Assembly: GCA_023254435.1 (NCBI GenBank)
Contig: JALRLM010000116.1
Coordinates: forward strand, 1-52,543
Source: Hydrocarboniphaga sp.
Lineage (GTDB): Bacteria; Pseudomonadota; Gammaproteobacteria; Nevskiales; Nevskiaceae
Reading direction: 5' to 3'
DNA: 52,543 bases
Each line of letters starts with the position of its first letter. The stretch's first letter is position 1. The notes under the pieces were generated by a model. It did no database searches. It saw nothing but the letters and a program-made list of their open reading frames with translations, and was not told where the DNA came from. Made by a program: the position numbers and the translations under genes. This document shows positions 18,751 to 27,711 of the stretch, in pieces.

Positions 18751-20100
18751 ATGACCGACTATCAGCGCATCCAGGCTCCCACGCAGAACACCGGCTATGC
18801 CTGGATGGTGGTCTGCATCCTCACGCTCAGCTATGCCTTCGCCTTCATCGATCGCCAGGTGCTGAACCTGCTGGTGGAGCCGATCAAGAAAGGCTTCGAG
18901 TTGCAGGACACGCAGATCAGCCTGCTGCAGGGCCTGGCCTTCGTCTCCGCCTACGTGCTCGGCGGGCCCATCGCCGGGCGCATGGTGGATGTCAGCCATC
19001 GTCGCAACATCATCGCCGTCGGCGTCGCGCTATGGAGCGTGTGCACGGCGCTGTGCGGGCTGGCGACTTCGTATGGAGCCTTGTTCGCGGCGCGCGTCGG
19101 CGTCGGGGCGGCGGAAGCCTGCCTGATGCCGGCGGCATGGTCGCTGATCGCCGACTACTTCTCTCGCGAGAAACTGCCGCGCGCGATGAGCCTGTATCTG
19201 CTGGGCCCTTATCTGGGCGGTGGCTGCGCGCTGATCCTCGGTGGCATGGTGGTGGGCGCGGCGAGCAAGGCGACGGTGGAATTCGGTCCCCTCGGCGTGC
19301 TGGAGCCCTGGCGCCTGGTGTTCGTCTGCGCCGGCCTGCTCGGGCTGGTGCCGGTGCTGCTGACGCTGCTGATCCGCGAGCCCGCGCGCCAGGCGCTCAA
19401 TGCCGCGGCCACCACCGCCGAGCGCTTCACCATCGGCGAGATCGCGCGCTTCATCTGGCACGGTCGCGCTTTCTACGTCGCCTTCTTCATCGGCGTGGCC
19501 GTGCTGACGATCGTGCTGTACGCCTTCCAGGCCTGGATTCCGGCGTTCTTCTCGCGCCGCTTCTCGGTCTCGATCCGCGACATCGGCTTCCAGTACGGCA
19601 TGCTGGTGTTGCTCATGGGCTGCCTGGGCGTGCTGTCGGGCCCGGTGATCGGGCGCTGGCTGCAGCGTCGCGGCCATCGCGATTTCGCGCTGCGCGCGCC
19701 GTTGATCGCGGCCATCTGCGTGGTGCCGTTCGCGGCGATGCTGCCGTTCTGCCGCTCGTATGCGCAGGCGCTGGTGAGTTGCGCCGGCGTGACCTATTTC
19801 TGCGCGATGCCGCTGGCGATGGCCGCGTCGGGCCTGCAGCTGGTCACGCCCAATCGCATGCGCGGCATCGTGTCGGCGATCTACATGTTCATGATCTCGG
19901 TGGTCGGCGTGGCGATTCCGCCCACGGTCATCGCGCTGCTGACCGATCGCGTGTTCCAGGATCCGGCCATGGTCGGCTGGTCGCTGGCCATCGTCTGCGT
20001 CGCCTCGGCGCTGATCGCCGCCGCGGTCATCGCTCGCAGCCTCGGTGCCTTCCGTGCCGCGCTCGTGGCGGCGGAGACACCGACGACCGAGATCGCCTGA
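18751..20100 (+). CDS. MFS transporter (spinster-like organic-acid permease)
   Basis: FIDRQVLNLLVEPIK, RVGVGAAEA and SLIADYF motifs; 12-TM pattern. Confidence 0.88.
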   Translation: MTDYQRIQAPTQNTGYAWMVVCILTLSYAFAFIDRQVLNLLVEPIKKGFELQDTQISLLQGLAFVSAYVLGGPIAGRMVDVSHRRNIIAVGVALWSVCTALCGLATSYGALFAARVGVGAAEACLMPAAWSLIADYFSREKLPRAMSLYLLGPYLGGGCALILGGMVVGAASKATVEFGPLGVLEPWRLVFVCAGLLGLVPVLLTLLIREPARQALNAAATTAERFTIGEIARFIWHGRAFYVAFFIGVAVLTIVLYAFQAWIPAFFSRRFSVSIRDIGFQYGMLVLLMGCLGVLSGPVIGRWLQRRGHRDFALRAPLIAAICVVPFAAMLPFCRSYAQALVSCAGVTYFCAMPLAMAASGLQLVTPNRMRGIVSAIYMFMISVVGVAIPPTVIALLTDRVFQDPAMVGWSLAIVCVASALIAAAVIARSLGAFRAALVAAETPTTEIA

Positions 20101-20103
20101 GCC

Positions 20104-21108
20104 ATGGGCATGCAGGGTCCTCGCGAGAGCGCGCCGGCGCGCATGCGGCTGGTCTACTGGACGCGCCTGAGCTATGCGCGTGAAACGCTGATCGATCGCC
20201 TGCAAGGCCAGCCCGGCATCGAACTGCAGGTGGTCGACAGTCTGCCGGCGCTGCTGGCCGCGCTGCCGGGTGCGCAGGTCCTGGTGCTCTACGACGCGCC
20301 GCAGGACGAGGCTGCCCAGGTGGTGGCGGCGCTGCGCGCGCCCGATGCCACGGTGCGCTGGATGCACTTCATCTCGGCGGGCCGCGAAGGTTTCGAGGCC
20401 GCGGGCCTGCCCGTGCATCTGCCGGTGACCTACACCGTGGGCTGCGCCGCGCCGGTGGTGGCCGAGCATGCGATGGCGCTGCTGCTGGCGCTGGCGCGCC
20501 GCATGGGCGATGCGCACGAAGCCACGCGCGAGCGGCGCTGGGAGCTGTCGCTATGGCAGAGCGCGCAGTCGGTCGAAGGCCAGTGCATGGTCGTGGTCGG
20601 CTTCGGCCGCATCGGCCAGGAAGTGGCGCGCCGCGCCCGCGCCTTCGGCATCGACATCGTGGCGCTGTCGCGCTCGGGCGCACCGCATGCGCTGGCCGAC
20701 CGTGCGCGTCCGCTGTCGGAGCTGCATGCGGCGCTGGGCGAGGCCGACATCGTGCTGGTGTCGATCGCGCTCACGGCCGAGACACATCATCTGCTCGATG
20801 CCGCCGCCTTCGCGGCCTGCAAGCGCGGCGCACGCATCGTCAACGTCGCGCGCGGCGGCGTGATCGATCAGGTCGCGCTGCGCGAGGCGCTGCGGTCGGG
20901 GCATCTGGGCGGCGCCGGGCTCGACGTCGCCGATCCCGAACCGCTGCCGGCCGACGATCCGCTATGGGACGCGCCGAACCTGCTCGTCTCCGCCCACGTC
21001 GCCGGCGCCGGCAGCCCGATGACCGAGTCGCGCATGGCCGACAACCTCAGCGCGAATATCCGTCGCTTCATGGCGGGAGAGGCGCTGCGGCATCGCGTGG
21101 ACTCCTAG
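20104..21108 (+). CDS. D-2-hydroxyacid dehydrogenase
   Basis: VAEHA, GFGRIG, NVARG, DPEPL and SAHVAG motifs. Confidence 0.88.
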   Translation: MGMQGPRESAPARMRLVYWTRLSYARETLIDRLQGQPGIELQVVDSLPALLAALPGAQVLVLYDAPQDEAAQVVAALRAPDATVRWMHFISAGREGFEAAGLPVHLPVTYTVGCAAPVVAEHAMALLLALARRMGDAHEATRERRWELSLWQSAQSVEGQCMVVVGFGRIGQEVARRARAFGIDIVALSRSGAPHALADRARPLSELHAALGEADIVLVSIALTAETHHLLDAAAFAACKRGARIVNVARGGVIDQVALREALRSGHLGGAGLDVADPEPLPADDPLWDAPNLLVSAHVAGAGSPMTESRMADNLSANIRRFMAGEALRHRVDS

Positions 21109-21226
21109 CGCGCGAGCGACGGCGAATGTATGGCCAGCGCCGTGCGGCACGTCGGCTGCGGCCGGCGCAACGATGCCGCTCTGCTCCGTGGTCTCGCGAG
21201 TCAGCTGCCGGGAACGATGCGCAACG

Positions 21227-21261
21227 AAAAAGACCGCAAGGCCCGTGCTCTTGCGGTCTTT
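21227..21261. terminator. Intrinsic terminator between convergent genes
   Basis: AAAGACCGCAAG / CTTGCGGTCTTT stem; T-tract on the minus strand downstream of gntR. Confidence 0.75.
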
Positions 21262-21296
21262 GGGTTTCCCCAGGCGGGGCCGACCCGCCTGCTAGC

Positions 21297-22046
21297 TCAA
21301 ACCAGCGCCTGCGCCTCGCCCATCGAGATGTATTCGGCCAGCACGTCGCCCTGCACGGTGACGTGGCGGCGCATGAGGTCGCCGGCCTCGGCTTCGTTGC
21401 CGGCGACGATGGCGTCGAGGATGCGCTGGTGGTCGGCCTGGTTGGCTTCGGGGCGACCGTTGCGGCGCAGCTGGAAGCGGCGGTAGGGCACGGTCTGCAG
21501 CGCGAGCTTGTCGGTGGTCTCGATCAGCACGTTGTTGTGCGTGGCCTGGATCACCAGCGCATGGAAGCGACGGCCCAGGCGCGCGTATTCGTCCTGCTTG
21601 TTGGCCAGCAACGCGGCCTGCGACTGCTCCTGCACGCGGATCAGCTCGTCCTTCTCCGACAGGGTGATGCGGCGCGCGGCCAGGCGCGCGCAGACGCCCT
21701 CGAGTTCGGAGATGGTCTCGAACATGTGGATCAGCCGGTGCAGGTCGAGCCTGGCCACGGTGGCGCGCTGGCGCGAGCGCTTCTCGATCAGGCCGGTCTG
21801 GATCAGCTGCAGCATGGCTTCGCGTACCGGCGTGCGCGACACCTGGAAGCGCTCGGCCACGGCCTCCTCGTCCACCGGGCTACCGGGCGGCAGCCGGCCG
21901 GTGAAGATGTCGCTTTCGAGCGCCATGCGCACGGCGCTGGCGTGGGTCACCTTGGCTTCGGGTTTCTTGCCCTTGCTGGCCGACTTCTGCTCCTTGAAGC
22001 GGGCGAGCGGCGACGTGTCGGCAGGTAATGCGATGGTGTCTGACAT
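21297..22046 (-). CDS. GntR-family (FadR/FCD) transcriptional regulator
   Basis: Start MSDTIAL; wHTH VSRTPVREA; FCD motifs RFHALV and DHQRI. Confidence 0.92.
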   Translation of the reverse strand: MSDTIALPADTSPLARFKEQKSASKGKKPEAKVTHASAVRMALESDIFTGRLPPGSPVDEEAVAERFQVSRTPVREAMLQLIQTGLIEKRSRQRATVARLDLHRLIHMFETISELEGVCARLAARRITLSEKDELIRVQEQSQAALLANKQDEYARLGRRFHALVIQATHNNVLIETTDKLALQTVPYRRFQLRRNGRPEANQADHQRILDAIVAGNEAEAGDLMRRHVTVQGDVLAEYISMGEAQALV

Positions 22047-22135
22047 GGCCCTGGACCTTTCCGTCTGGCTGGTGTGCTGCTCGGGAGCCGTGGCCCCGAT
22101 CGCGTTGAGGGTGTGATAAATCCTCTTATTCTGGA

Positions 22136-22972
22136 TTATACGTTTCGACGGACCAAAAGACGAGCAGCCTCGGCCGAGCGCATACCCAGGCGGACTCCAG
22201 CGGCTTCGGCCAGGCGATTGACCGCGCTGATGATGCCGTCGTGGTAGCTGCTCAGGCCATCGCCCATGCGCGCGAGGCGGGCGTCCACGGTGGCGCCGGC
22301 CAGCCCCTGCTCGGCCACCGCGTGCAGGCCGGCGACGCCGGAATCCTCGCGGCCCATGCCGCCGTCCGAGCAGATGAAGCCGTAGGGCTTCACCTTGAGC
22401 AGGTAGGGCACCGCGCTGCGGCCGGTGTGGCCGGCCGTGACGAGCACGTTGCGCTCGTCCTCGGGCAGGCCGAAGGCGATGGAGTCGGTGCAGACGATCT
22501 GGCGTCCCTCGGGGCCCTGTTCCATGACCGTGCGGTTGGTCACCTGCGCCGCCTCGGGCGAGCCCGGATCGCGGTCGAGCAGCAGGCGCGCGGCCTCGCG
22601 CACGCGCATGCCGGCGACCACGCCGCAATCGGCGGCCGGGCGGTTGAGCAGGCTGACGACGCCGTTCTCGTACAGGTCCACGCCGTCGCCTAGGCGCACG
22701 GTCATGACGTCGGCGACCACAGCCGGCAGGTTGAGCGCTTCGAGATACCAGATGCCGGCCACCGAGGCGCCGGCCGGGCCGACGCCGCAGTCCACGCCGA
22801 TGGCGGCGCGCGGCCGCTGCGCGCCGATGAAGCGTGCCGGCAGAACGCCGCAGTAGGAGGCGTTGATCACCACGTCGACGCCGCGGTTGGCGGGCTCGAC
22901 GTGATAAGCCGAATCCATCGCCACGATGCGGCCACGATCGTTGCGGAACAGCTCGGTCTGCAGCGTGCTCAT
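22136..22972 (-). CDS. Conserved-looking hypothetical protein made of two tandem homologous domains of about 120 aa
   Basis: Halves align: DS..VVINASYCG / DS..VLVTAGHTG and GDGVDLYENGVVSLLN..GVVAGMRVREAARLL / GDGLSSYHDGIISAVN..GVRLGMRSAEAARLL; RBS-like purine run upstream. Confidence 0.8.
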   Translation of the reverse strand: MSTLQTELFRNDRGRIVAMDSAYHVEPANRGVDVVINASYCGVLPARFIGAQRPRAAIGVDCGVGPAGASVAGIWYLEALNLPAVVADVMTVRLGDGVDLYENGVVSLLNRPAADCGVVAGMRVREAARLLLDRDPGSPEAAQVTNRTVMEQGPEGRQIVCTDSIAFGLPEDERNVLVTAGHTGRSAVPYLLKVKPYGFICSDGGMGREDSGVAGLHAVAEQGLAGATVDARLARMGDGLSSYHDGIISAVNRLAEAAGVRLGMRSAEAARLLVRRNV

Positions 22973-23023
22973 CCTTGAGATCTCCTCGCGCGGATTGGCG
23001 TGCCCGTTATACGACAGCTTGGC

Positions 23024-24184
23024 TCAGCGGCGCTGGTCGAAGCGGCGACCGACCATCGCGCTGGCGATGTTGGTTTTCTGGATGTCGATGGCGCCGCCGG
23101 CGATGCCCCAGCCCCAGGAGTCGCGCAGGCGCCGTTCCATCGGGAACTCCTTGCTGTAGCCGTAGGCGCCCATGAGCTGCACGGCGTCGCCCGTGACTTC
23201 GCGCGCGATCGAATTGGCGAAGCACTTGGCCACCGAAGCGTCGAGCAGGTTGGGCAGTCCCGATTCCGACTGCGCGGCGGCGCGATGGATCAGCAGTCGC
23301 GCGGCATCCACCTTCATGCGCATTTCGGCGATCTTGATCTGCACGGCCTGGAAATCGACGATGGGCTTGCCGAACTGCTTGCGCTCGACGACGTAGCCGA
23401 GAATGTCTTCGAGCGCGCCCGAAGCCTGGCCCAGCGCCATCGTGGCATTGCCGCAGCGCTCCAGGTCGAAGGCTTCCATGAGCTGCTTGAAGCCGCCGGC
23501 CGGCACGATGATGTTGTCGAGCGGCACTTCGACGTTGTCGAGATACAGATCGCTCGACGGCACGCCGCGAAAGCCCATGAGCTGCTCGTTGGGGCCGAAG
23601 CTCAGGCCCTTGGCGTCCTTTTCGACGTAGACCGCGCCGATGCCGCCGGCGCCGGGCTTGTCCGAGAGCCGGCAGTAGACCACGTAGCCGTCGGCGTGGC
23701 CGCCGCCCGAGCACCAGCGCTTGGTGCCGTTGATGACGACGCGATCGCCCTTGGTGACGCCGCGCGTGGCGAGGTCGGTGAGCGCCGAGCCGGCGTCGGG
23801 TTCGGACATCGACACCGCCACCACCAGATCGCCCGAGCAGACCTTGGGAATCACGCGCTGCTTGAGCGATTCGCTGGCGAAGCGCTCGATGGCGCGCACC
23901 GGGCCGACGCAGGATTCGAACACCGGAAAGGCGATGGCCGAGGACACCTTGGCGAACTCCTCGAGCACCAGCAGCGCATCGAGATTGCCCAGGCCCATGC
24001 CGCCGTACTGTTCGGAGACGTTGATGCCCAGAAAGCCCAGCTCGGCGTACTGCTTGATCAGCGCGTGCGAGGGCGGCTGGTTGGCGGCTTCGAGGTCGGC
24101 TGCGATCTTCGGCAGCTCGGCGCGCGCATAGCGACGCGCGGTATCGACCAGGGCTTGCTGTTCTTCGCTTAGGGAGAAATCCAC
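23024..24184 (-). CDS. Acyl-CoA dehydrogenase-family flavoprotein (non-canonical C-terminal motif)
   Basis: GTG start after GAGGAC; MSEPDAGS, ERKQFG and MGAYGY; IAGGAIDIQ in place of YEGTxE. Confidence 0.88.
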   Translation of the reverse strand: MDFSLSEEQQALVDTARRYARAELPKIAADLEAANQPPSHALIKQYAELGFLGINVSEQYGGMGLGNLDALLVLEEFAKVSSAIAFPVFESCVGPVRAIERFASESLKQRVIPKVCSGDLVVAVSMSEPDAGSALTDLATRGVTKGDRVVINGTKRWCSGGGHADGYVVYCRLSDKPGAGGIGAVYVEKDAKGLSFGPNEQLMGFRGVPSSDLYLDNVEVPLDNIIVPAGGFKQLMEAFDLERCGNATMALGQASGALEDILGYVVERKQFGKPIVDFQAVQIKIAEMRMKVDAARLLIHRAAAQSESGLPNLLDASVAKCFANSIAREVTGDAVQLMGAYGYSKEFPMERRLRDSWGWGIAGGAIDIQKTNIASAMVGRRFDQRR

Positions 24185-24359
24185 GACGGTGTCCTCGACA
24201 GGATGGGCATGCGCAGGCGCGCGCATGCGGCAAAAGCGGACCCGGCCGGCGCCGTGGCGCCAGCAAGGCGGGATCGATGCTGGAAGCGGGATCGTCGCCG
24301 CGCGCGAAGGTCTTTCGCACGCAGGCGCCCTGGTGCGAAAGACCGGCCGCAGCGGGCGA

Positions 24360-25256
24360 TCAGGCGAGCGTGGAGCGGAACATCAGGCGGCGATTCTCCG
24401 GTGCGTCCACGCGCGACAGGTCGTAGTCGACCGGCGTGTAGTGCTGCGTGCAGCGGTTGTCCCAGAAGATGATGTCGCCGGGCTTCCAGGCGTGGCGATA
24501 GGTGAAGGCCGGCTGCGAGGCGTGCGCATACAGGTAATCGAGCAGCGGCTTGCTTTCCTCCACGGTCCAGCCGTCGAAGCGGTCGACGACCTGGTCGGAG
24601 ATGAACAGGCACTTCCTGCCGGTGTCCGGATGCGTGATCACCACCGGATGCATGGCGCCGCCGAGACGCTTCATCTCGTCCTCGGTCGGCGGCTTGCGGC
24701 CGTTGAGCACCTTGGCGCGCGTATTGAACAGCGTGTGGAAGGCGCTCTGGCCTTCGAGCATCTGCTTGAGACCGTCCGACAGCATGTCGTAGGCCTGGTA
24801 CATGTTGGCAAACATGGTGTCGCCGCCCACGGCCGGGCATTCCACGCAGCGCAGCAGCGAGCCGCGCGCCGGTTTGTCGAGAAAGCTCTGGTCGGAGTGC
24901 CACTGCACGGCGGCGACCTCGGTCTCCGACTTCACGCCGTCCTTCTTGATGTTGGTGACCGTGAACAGGTCCGGATAACCCTCGGGCGCATAGCGCGACA
25001 GCAGCCCGGTTTCGGCCAGCGGCCCGAAGCGGCGCGTGAAGGCCAGATGCTGGTCGTGATTCACGTGCGCGTTGCGGAACAGCAGGATGCCGCGCTCGCA
25101 GACCAGCTGCCACAGCTCCTTGATCACCGAGTCGGCGATACCTTCGCTACGCGTCAGGTCGAGGCCGATGATCTCGGTGCCCGTGCGCCAGGACAGTGGA
25201 CGCGTGGTGTAGGTGGTGGAGCCGGTTTTCTCGGCGGCGGGACTTTCGACGGCCAT
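24360..25256 (-). CDS. TauD/TfdA Fe(II)/2-oxoglutarate dioxygenase
   Basis: WHSD, GGDTMFAN, HPVV and WDNRCTQH...R motifs; GGAGG RBS. Confidence 0.92.
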   Translation of the reverse strand: MAVESPAAEKTGSTTYTTRPLSWRTGTEIIGLDLTRSEGIADSVIKELWQLVCERGILLFRNAHVNHDQHLAFTRRFGPLAETGLLSRYAPEGYPDLFTVTNIKKDGVKSETEVAAVQWHSDQSFLDKPARGSLLRCVECPAVGGDTMFANMYQAYDMLSDGLKQMLEGQSAFHTLFNTRAKVLNGRKPPTEDEMKRLGGAMHPVVITHPDTGRKCLFISDQVVDRFDGWTVEESKPLLDYLYAHASQPAFTYRHAWKPGDIIFWDNRCTQHYTPVDYDLSRVDAPENRRLMFRSTLA

Positions 25257-25368
25257 CTTGATTCCTCCGTTATTGCTCTTCGATCCGGGCCCGGGACAGC
25301 GACTCCCGTGACCTGTTTCGCGGGGTGGTCCCCGCAGTCGCGTTTGTATGGCGGAGTGTAGTCCGCGC

Positions 25369-25426
25369 TTTGTGTATACAAATATTAATCTTAAAAAATA
25401 CTATTGCAAGAGGAACGTATACGGAA
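25369..25426. promoter_or_regulatory. Divergent promoter with two GTATAC boxes (TGTATACA 25373-25380, CGTATACG 25416-25423)
   Basis: AT-rich intergenic region; palindromic cores match other island promoters. Confidence 0.55.
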
Positions 25427-25507
25427 TAACAATACGGTGCATCGGTAAACACAAAGGAACGCGCGCGCGACACGCGACGTCCGCGCCACGAGAGAGGAGA
25501 CGATTCG

Positions 25508-26230
25508 ATGAAGCAGCATCTGCACATGCGCGAACAGATGGTCGAGGCCTGTCACGGCCTGGCGGCCAAGGGCCTGGGCGCCACCATCGGTGGCCACGTC
25601 AGCATGCGGATCCCGGGCGAGGCCCTGTACTGGACCAACGTGCTGGACCTGTGCTTCGAGGAGATGACCGTCGACGACATGGTGCTCGTCGATTTCGACG
25701 GCAAGGTCGTGCACAGCGACCGGCCGATCAGCCCCGGCATCGACTTTCACCAGAACATCTACAAGCTGCGCCCGGACATCCACTCCATCGTGCACACGCA
25801 CGGCTTCTGGAGCGTGGCGCAGTCGGCCTTCAGTCGCGAGCCCAAGATCTGGCACAACCTGGCGACCTATTTCTACAAGCGCACGGCGCTGAGCCCCGAC
25901 GACACCATCGAGGCGATCTCGCCGGTGCTCAAGGACAACATCGCCATCATCATGCCGTGGCACGGCGCGATCACGCTGGGCCGTGACCTGCCCGAGGCCG
26001 CTGCGCTGCACGCGACCTTCGATTTCGTCTGCAAGCTCGATGTGACCATGGACGGCTCCAGCGCCGAGCCGATGCCGCCCGATGCCTGCGAGCGCATGCA
26101 GGTGCTGCTCGGCAAGGCCAAGTACCTGGAGCGCACCTACGAGCTGATGTGCCGCGAAGGCCGCAAGACGTTGGAGCAGGCCAAGCTCGACGCGGCGGAA
26201 CGCACCCGGCTCAAGGCCAGGGCGGCGTAG
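25508..26230 (+). CDS. Class II aldolase/adducin-family protein
   Basis: GHVSMR, FHQNIY..RPDI, metal-binding HTH and WHG; GAGGAG RBS. Confidence 0.88.
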   Translation: MKQHLHMREQMVEACHGLAAKGLGATIGGHVSMRIPGEALYWTNVLDLCFEEMTVDDMVLVDFDGKVVHSDRPISPGIDFHQNIYKLRPDIHSIVHTHGFWSVAQSAFSREPKIWHNLATYFYKRTALSPDDTIEAISPVLKDNIAIIMPWHGAITLGRDLPEAAALHATFDFVCKLDVTMDGSSAEPMPPDACERMQVLLGKAKYLERTYELMCREGRKTLEQAKLDAAERTRLKARAA

Positions 26231-26354
26231 CGCGCATCGACCACGGCGGTCCCGCGCGGCGGTTGTGGTGGGAATAACGGCGAGCTCAGGCTCGCCGTTT
26301 CACTTTGCCGGCCGTGGCGCGTGAACGCCGCTCCCGCGATGCGCGCATGAGCGC

Positions 26355-26397
26355 AAAAAAAGAACCGGAGCGCACCGCCTGACAGGCGCGCTCCGGT
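26355..26397 (-). terminator. Intrinsic terminator downstream of the Rieske gene
   Basis: ACCGGAGCGC / GCGCTCCGGT stem followed by a T7 tract on the minus strand. Confidence 0.7.
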
Positions 26398-26447
26398 GGG
26401 CAAAAGTGCTGCGACGATCGACGCGACGCCGATCGCCGTGTCGATGC

Positions 26448-27608
26448 TCAGCGGGCCGACGCATCCTCGGCGACGAAGCGCGCCACCCAGTTGTGGTAGT
26501 GCTGGATCGCCGGCTCGTTGCGGCCGAACACGAAGGCCTTGTTGGCGCCCGACTTGAGCCCGGCCTGGATCTTGGCGCCGACCTTGTAGTCCTCGTCCTG
26601 CACGGCTTCGAGCGCCATCGCGCTGAACGTCGCCGTGGCCTGCTTCTGCTCGGGCGTCACCGGCTCGCGCGCGGCCAGGATGGTCTGGCGCGTGATGGTC
26701 TTGTCGGGCGTCGCACCCGGGAACATCTGCGTCACCAGGCAGTGATCGCCGACGATGCCCGACAGCGACACGTTGGGGAACACCGAGTGGATCAGGCGCA
26801 GATGCGTCTGCGGATCCCACTGCTCCTCGGGTAGCTGGTCGAGCTCGCCCAGCGTCTTGCGGCCCATGGTCAGGCGCTGATGCGGGCCATAGGTGTCATG
26901 CAGCATGAGATTGCCGATGGTGTACTTGGCCAGCGTGTTGGCGTGCACGGTGTTGTGGTGATACGCCTCGAGGTAGCCGTCCCAGCACACTTTCCAGCCT
27001 GGGCCGGTGATTTCGCGCTGGTCGTACAGGAACCAGTTGCCGAGATCGAGCGTGTCGAGCTCCTTGTCGAAGCCGCACAGCCAGTCGCCGATATCCCAGC
27101 TTTCGCCCGGTGTCAGCGAGACCCAGATCATGCCCGAGCGCTCGGCGCAGGGCAGTTCGGTCAGTGAATGCGACATGGCGTCGACCTTGCCGAACTTCTC
27201 GGGATCGTAGATGCCGATCAGCTTGCCCTGGGTGTCGTAGCGCCAGGCGTGATACGGACAGACGAAGCGCTGCGCGGTGCCGCGGCCTTCCTCGCAGACC
27301 GAGGCGCCGCGATGGCGGCAGGCATTCAGGAACGCGCGTGCGACACCGTCGGCGCCGCGCACGAGCAGCACCGGCGTGCCGATCACGGTCATGGCGCGAT
27401 AGTGCATCGGCGCGGGCAACTCCACGCTCAGCGCGAGCGCCAGCGGACGATGCTTGTAGATGCGCTCCAGCTCGCGCTCGTAGCGCACCGGATCGACGTA
27501 GGCGTCCACCGGCAACGACATGATCTCGTCGGCCTGGTCGGTGGTCTTGTGATGCAGATGGTGCAGCGCCCGGCGCGCCAGCGAAATCATTTCGGCGGAT
27601 TGACTCAT
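26448..27608 (-). CDS. Rieske non-heme iron oxygenase alpha subunit
   Basis: CRHRG...CPYHAW Rieske ligands; EAYHHNTVH and QDED mononuclear Fe site. Confidence 0.92.
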   Translation of the reverse strand: MSQSAEMISLARRALHHLHHKTTDQADEIMSLPVDAYVDPVRYERELERIYKHRPLALALSVELPAPMHYRAMTVIGTPVLLVRGADGVARAFLNACRHRGASVCEEGRGTAQRFVCPYHAWRYDTQGKLIGIYDPEKFGKVDAMSHSLTELPCAERSGMIWVSLTPGESWDIGDWLCGFDKELDTLDLGNWFLYDQREITGPGWKVCWDGYLEAYHHNTVHANTLAKYTIGNLMLHDTYGPHQRLTMGRKTLGELDQLPEEQWDPQTHLRLIHSVFPNVSLSGIVGDHCLVTQMFPGATPDKTITRQTILAAREPVTPEQKQATATFSAMALEAVQDEDYKVGAKIQAGLKSGANKAFVFGRNEPAIQHYHNWVARFVAEDASAR

Positions 27609-27632
27609 CAGCTTGCTCCGTTGTGTCGAACG

Positions 27633-27691
27633 ATGAAGAACGGCGGGCGGCGCAGCGCCATGCCGGTGTGCCTGTGTCTGCCGTTCTTCAT
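27633..27691. repeat. Intergenic inverted repeat (12-bp stem) between porin and Rieske genes
   Basis: ATGAAGAACGGC ... GCCGTTCTTCAT; no U-tract. Confidence 0.6.
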
Positions 27692-27711
27692 GTCCTGTGG
27701 CTTGCAGGTGA

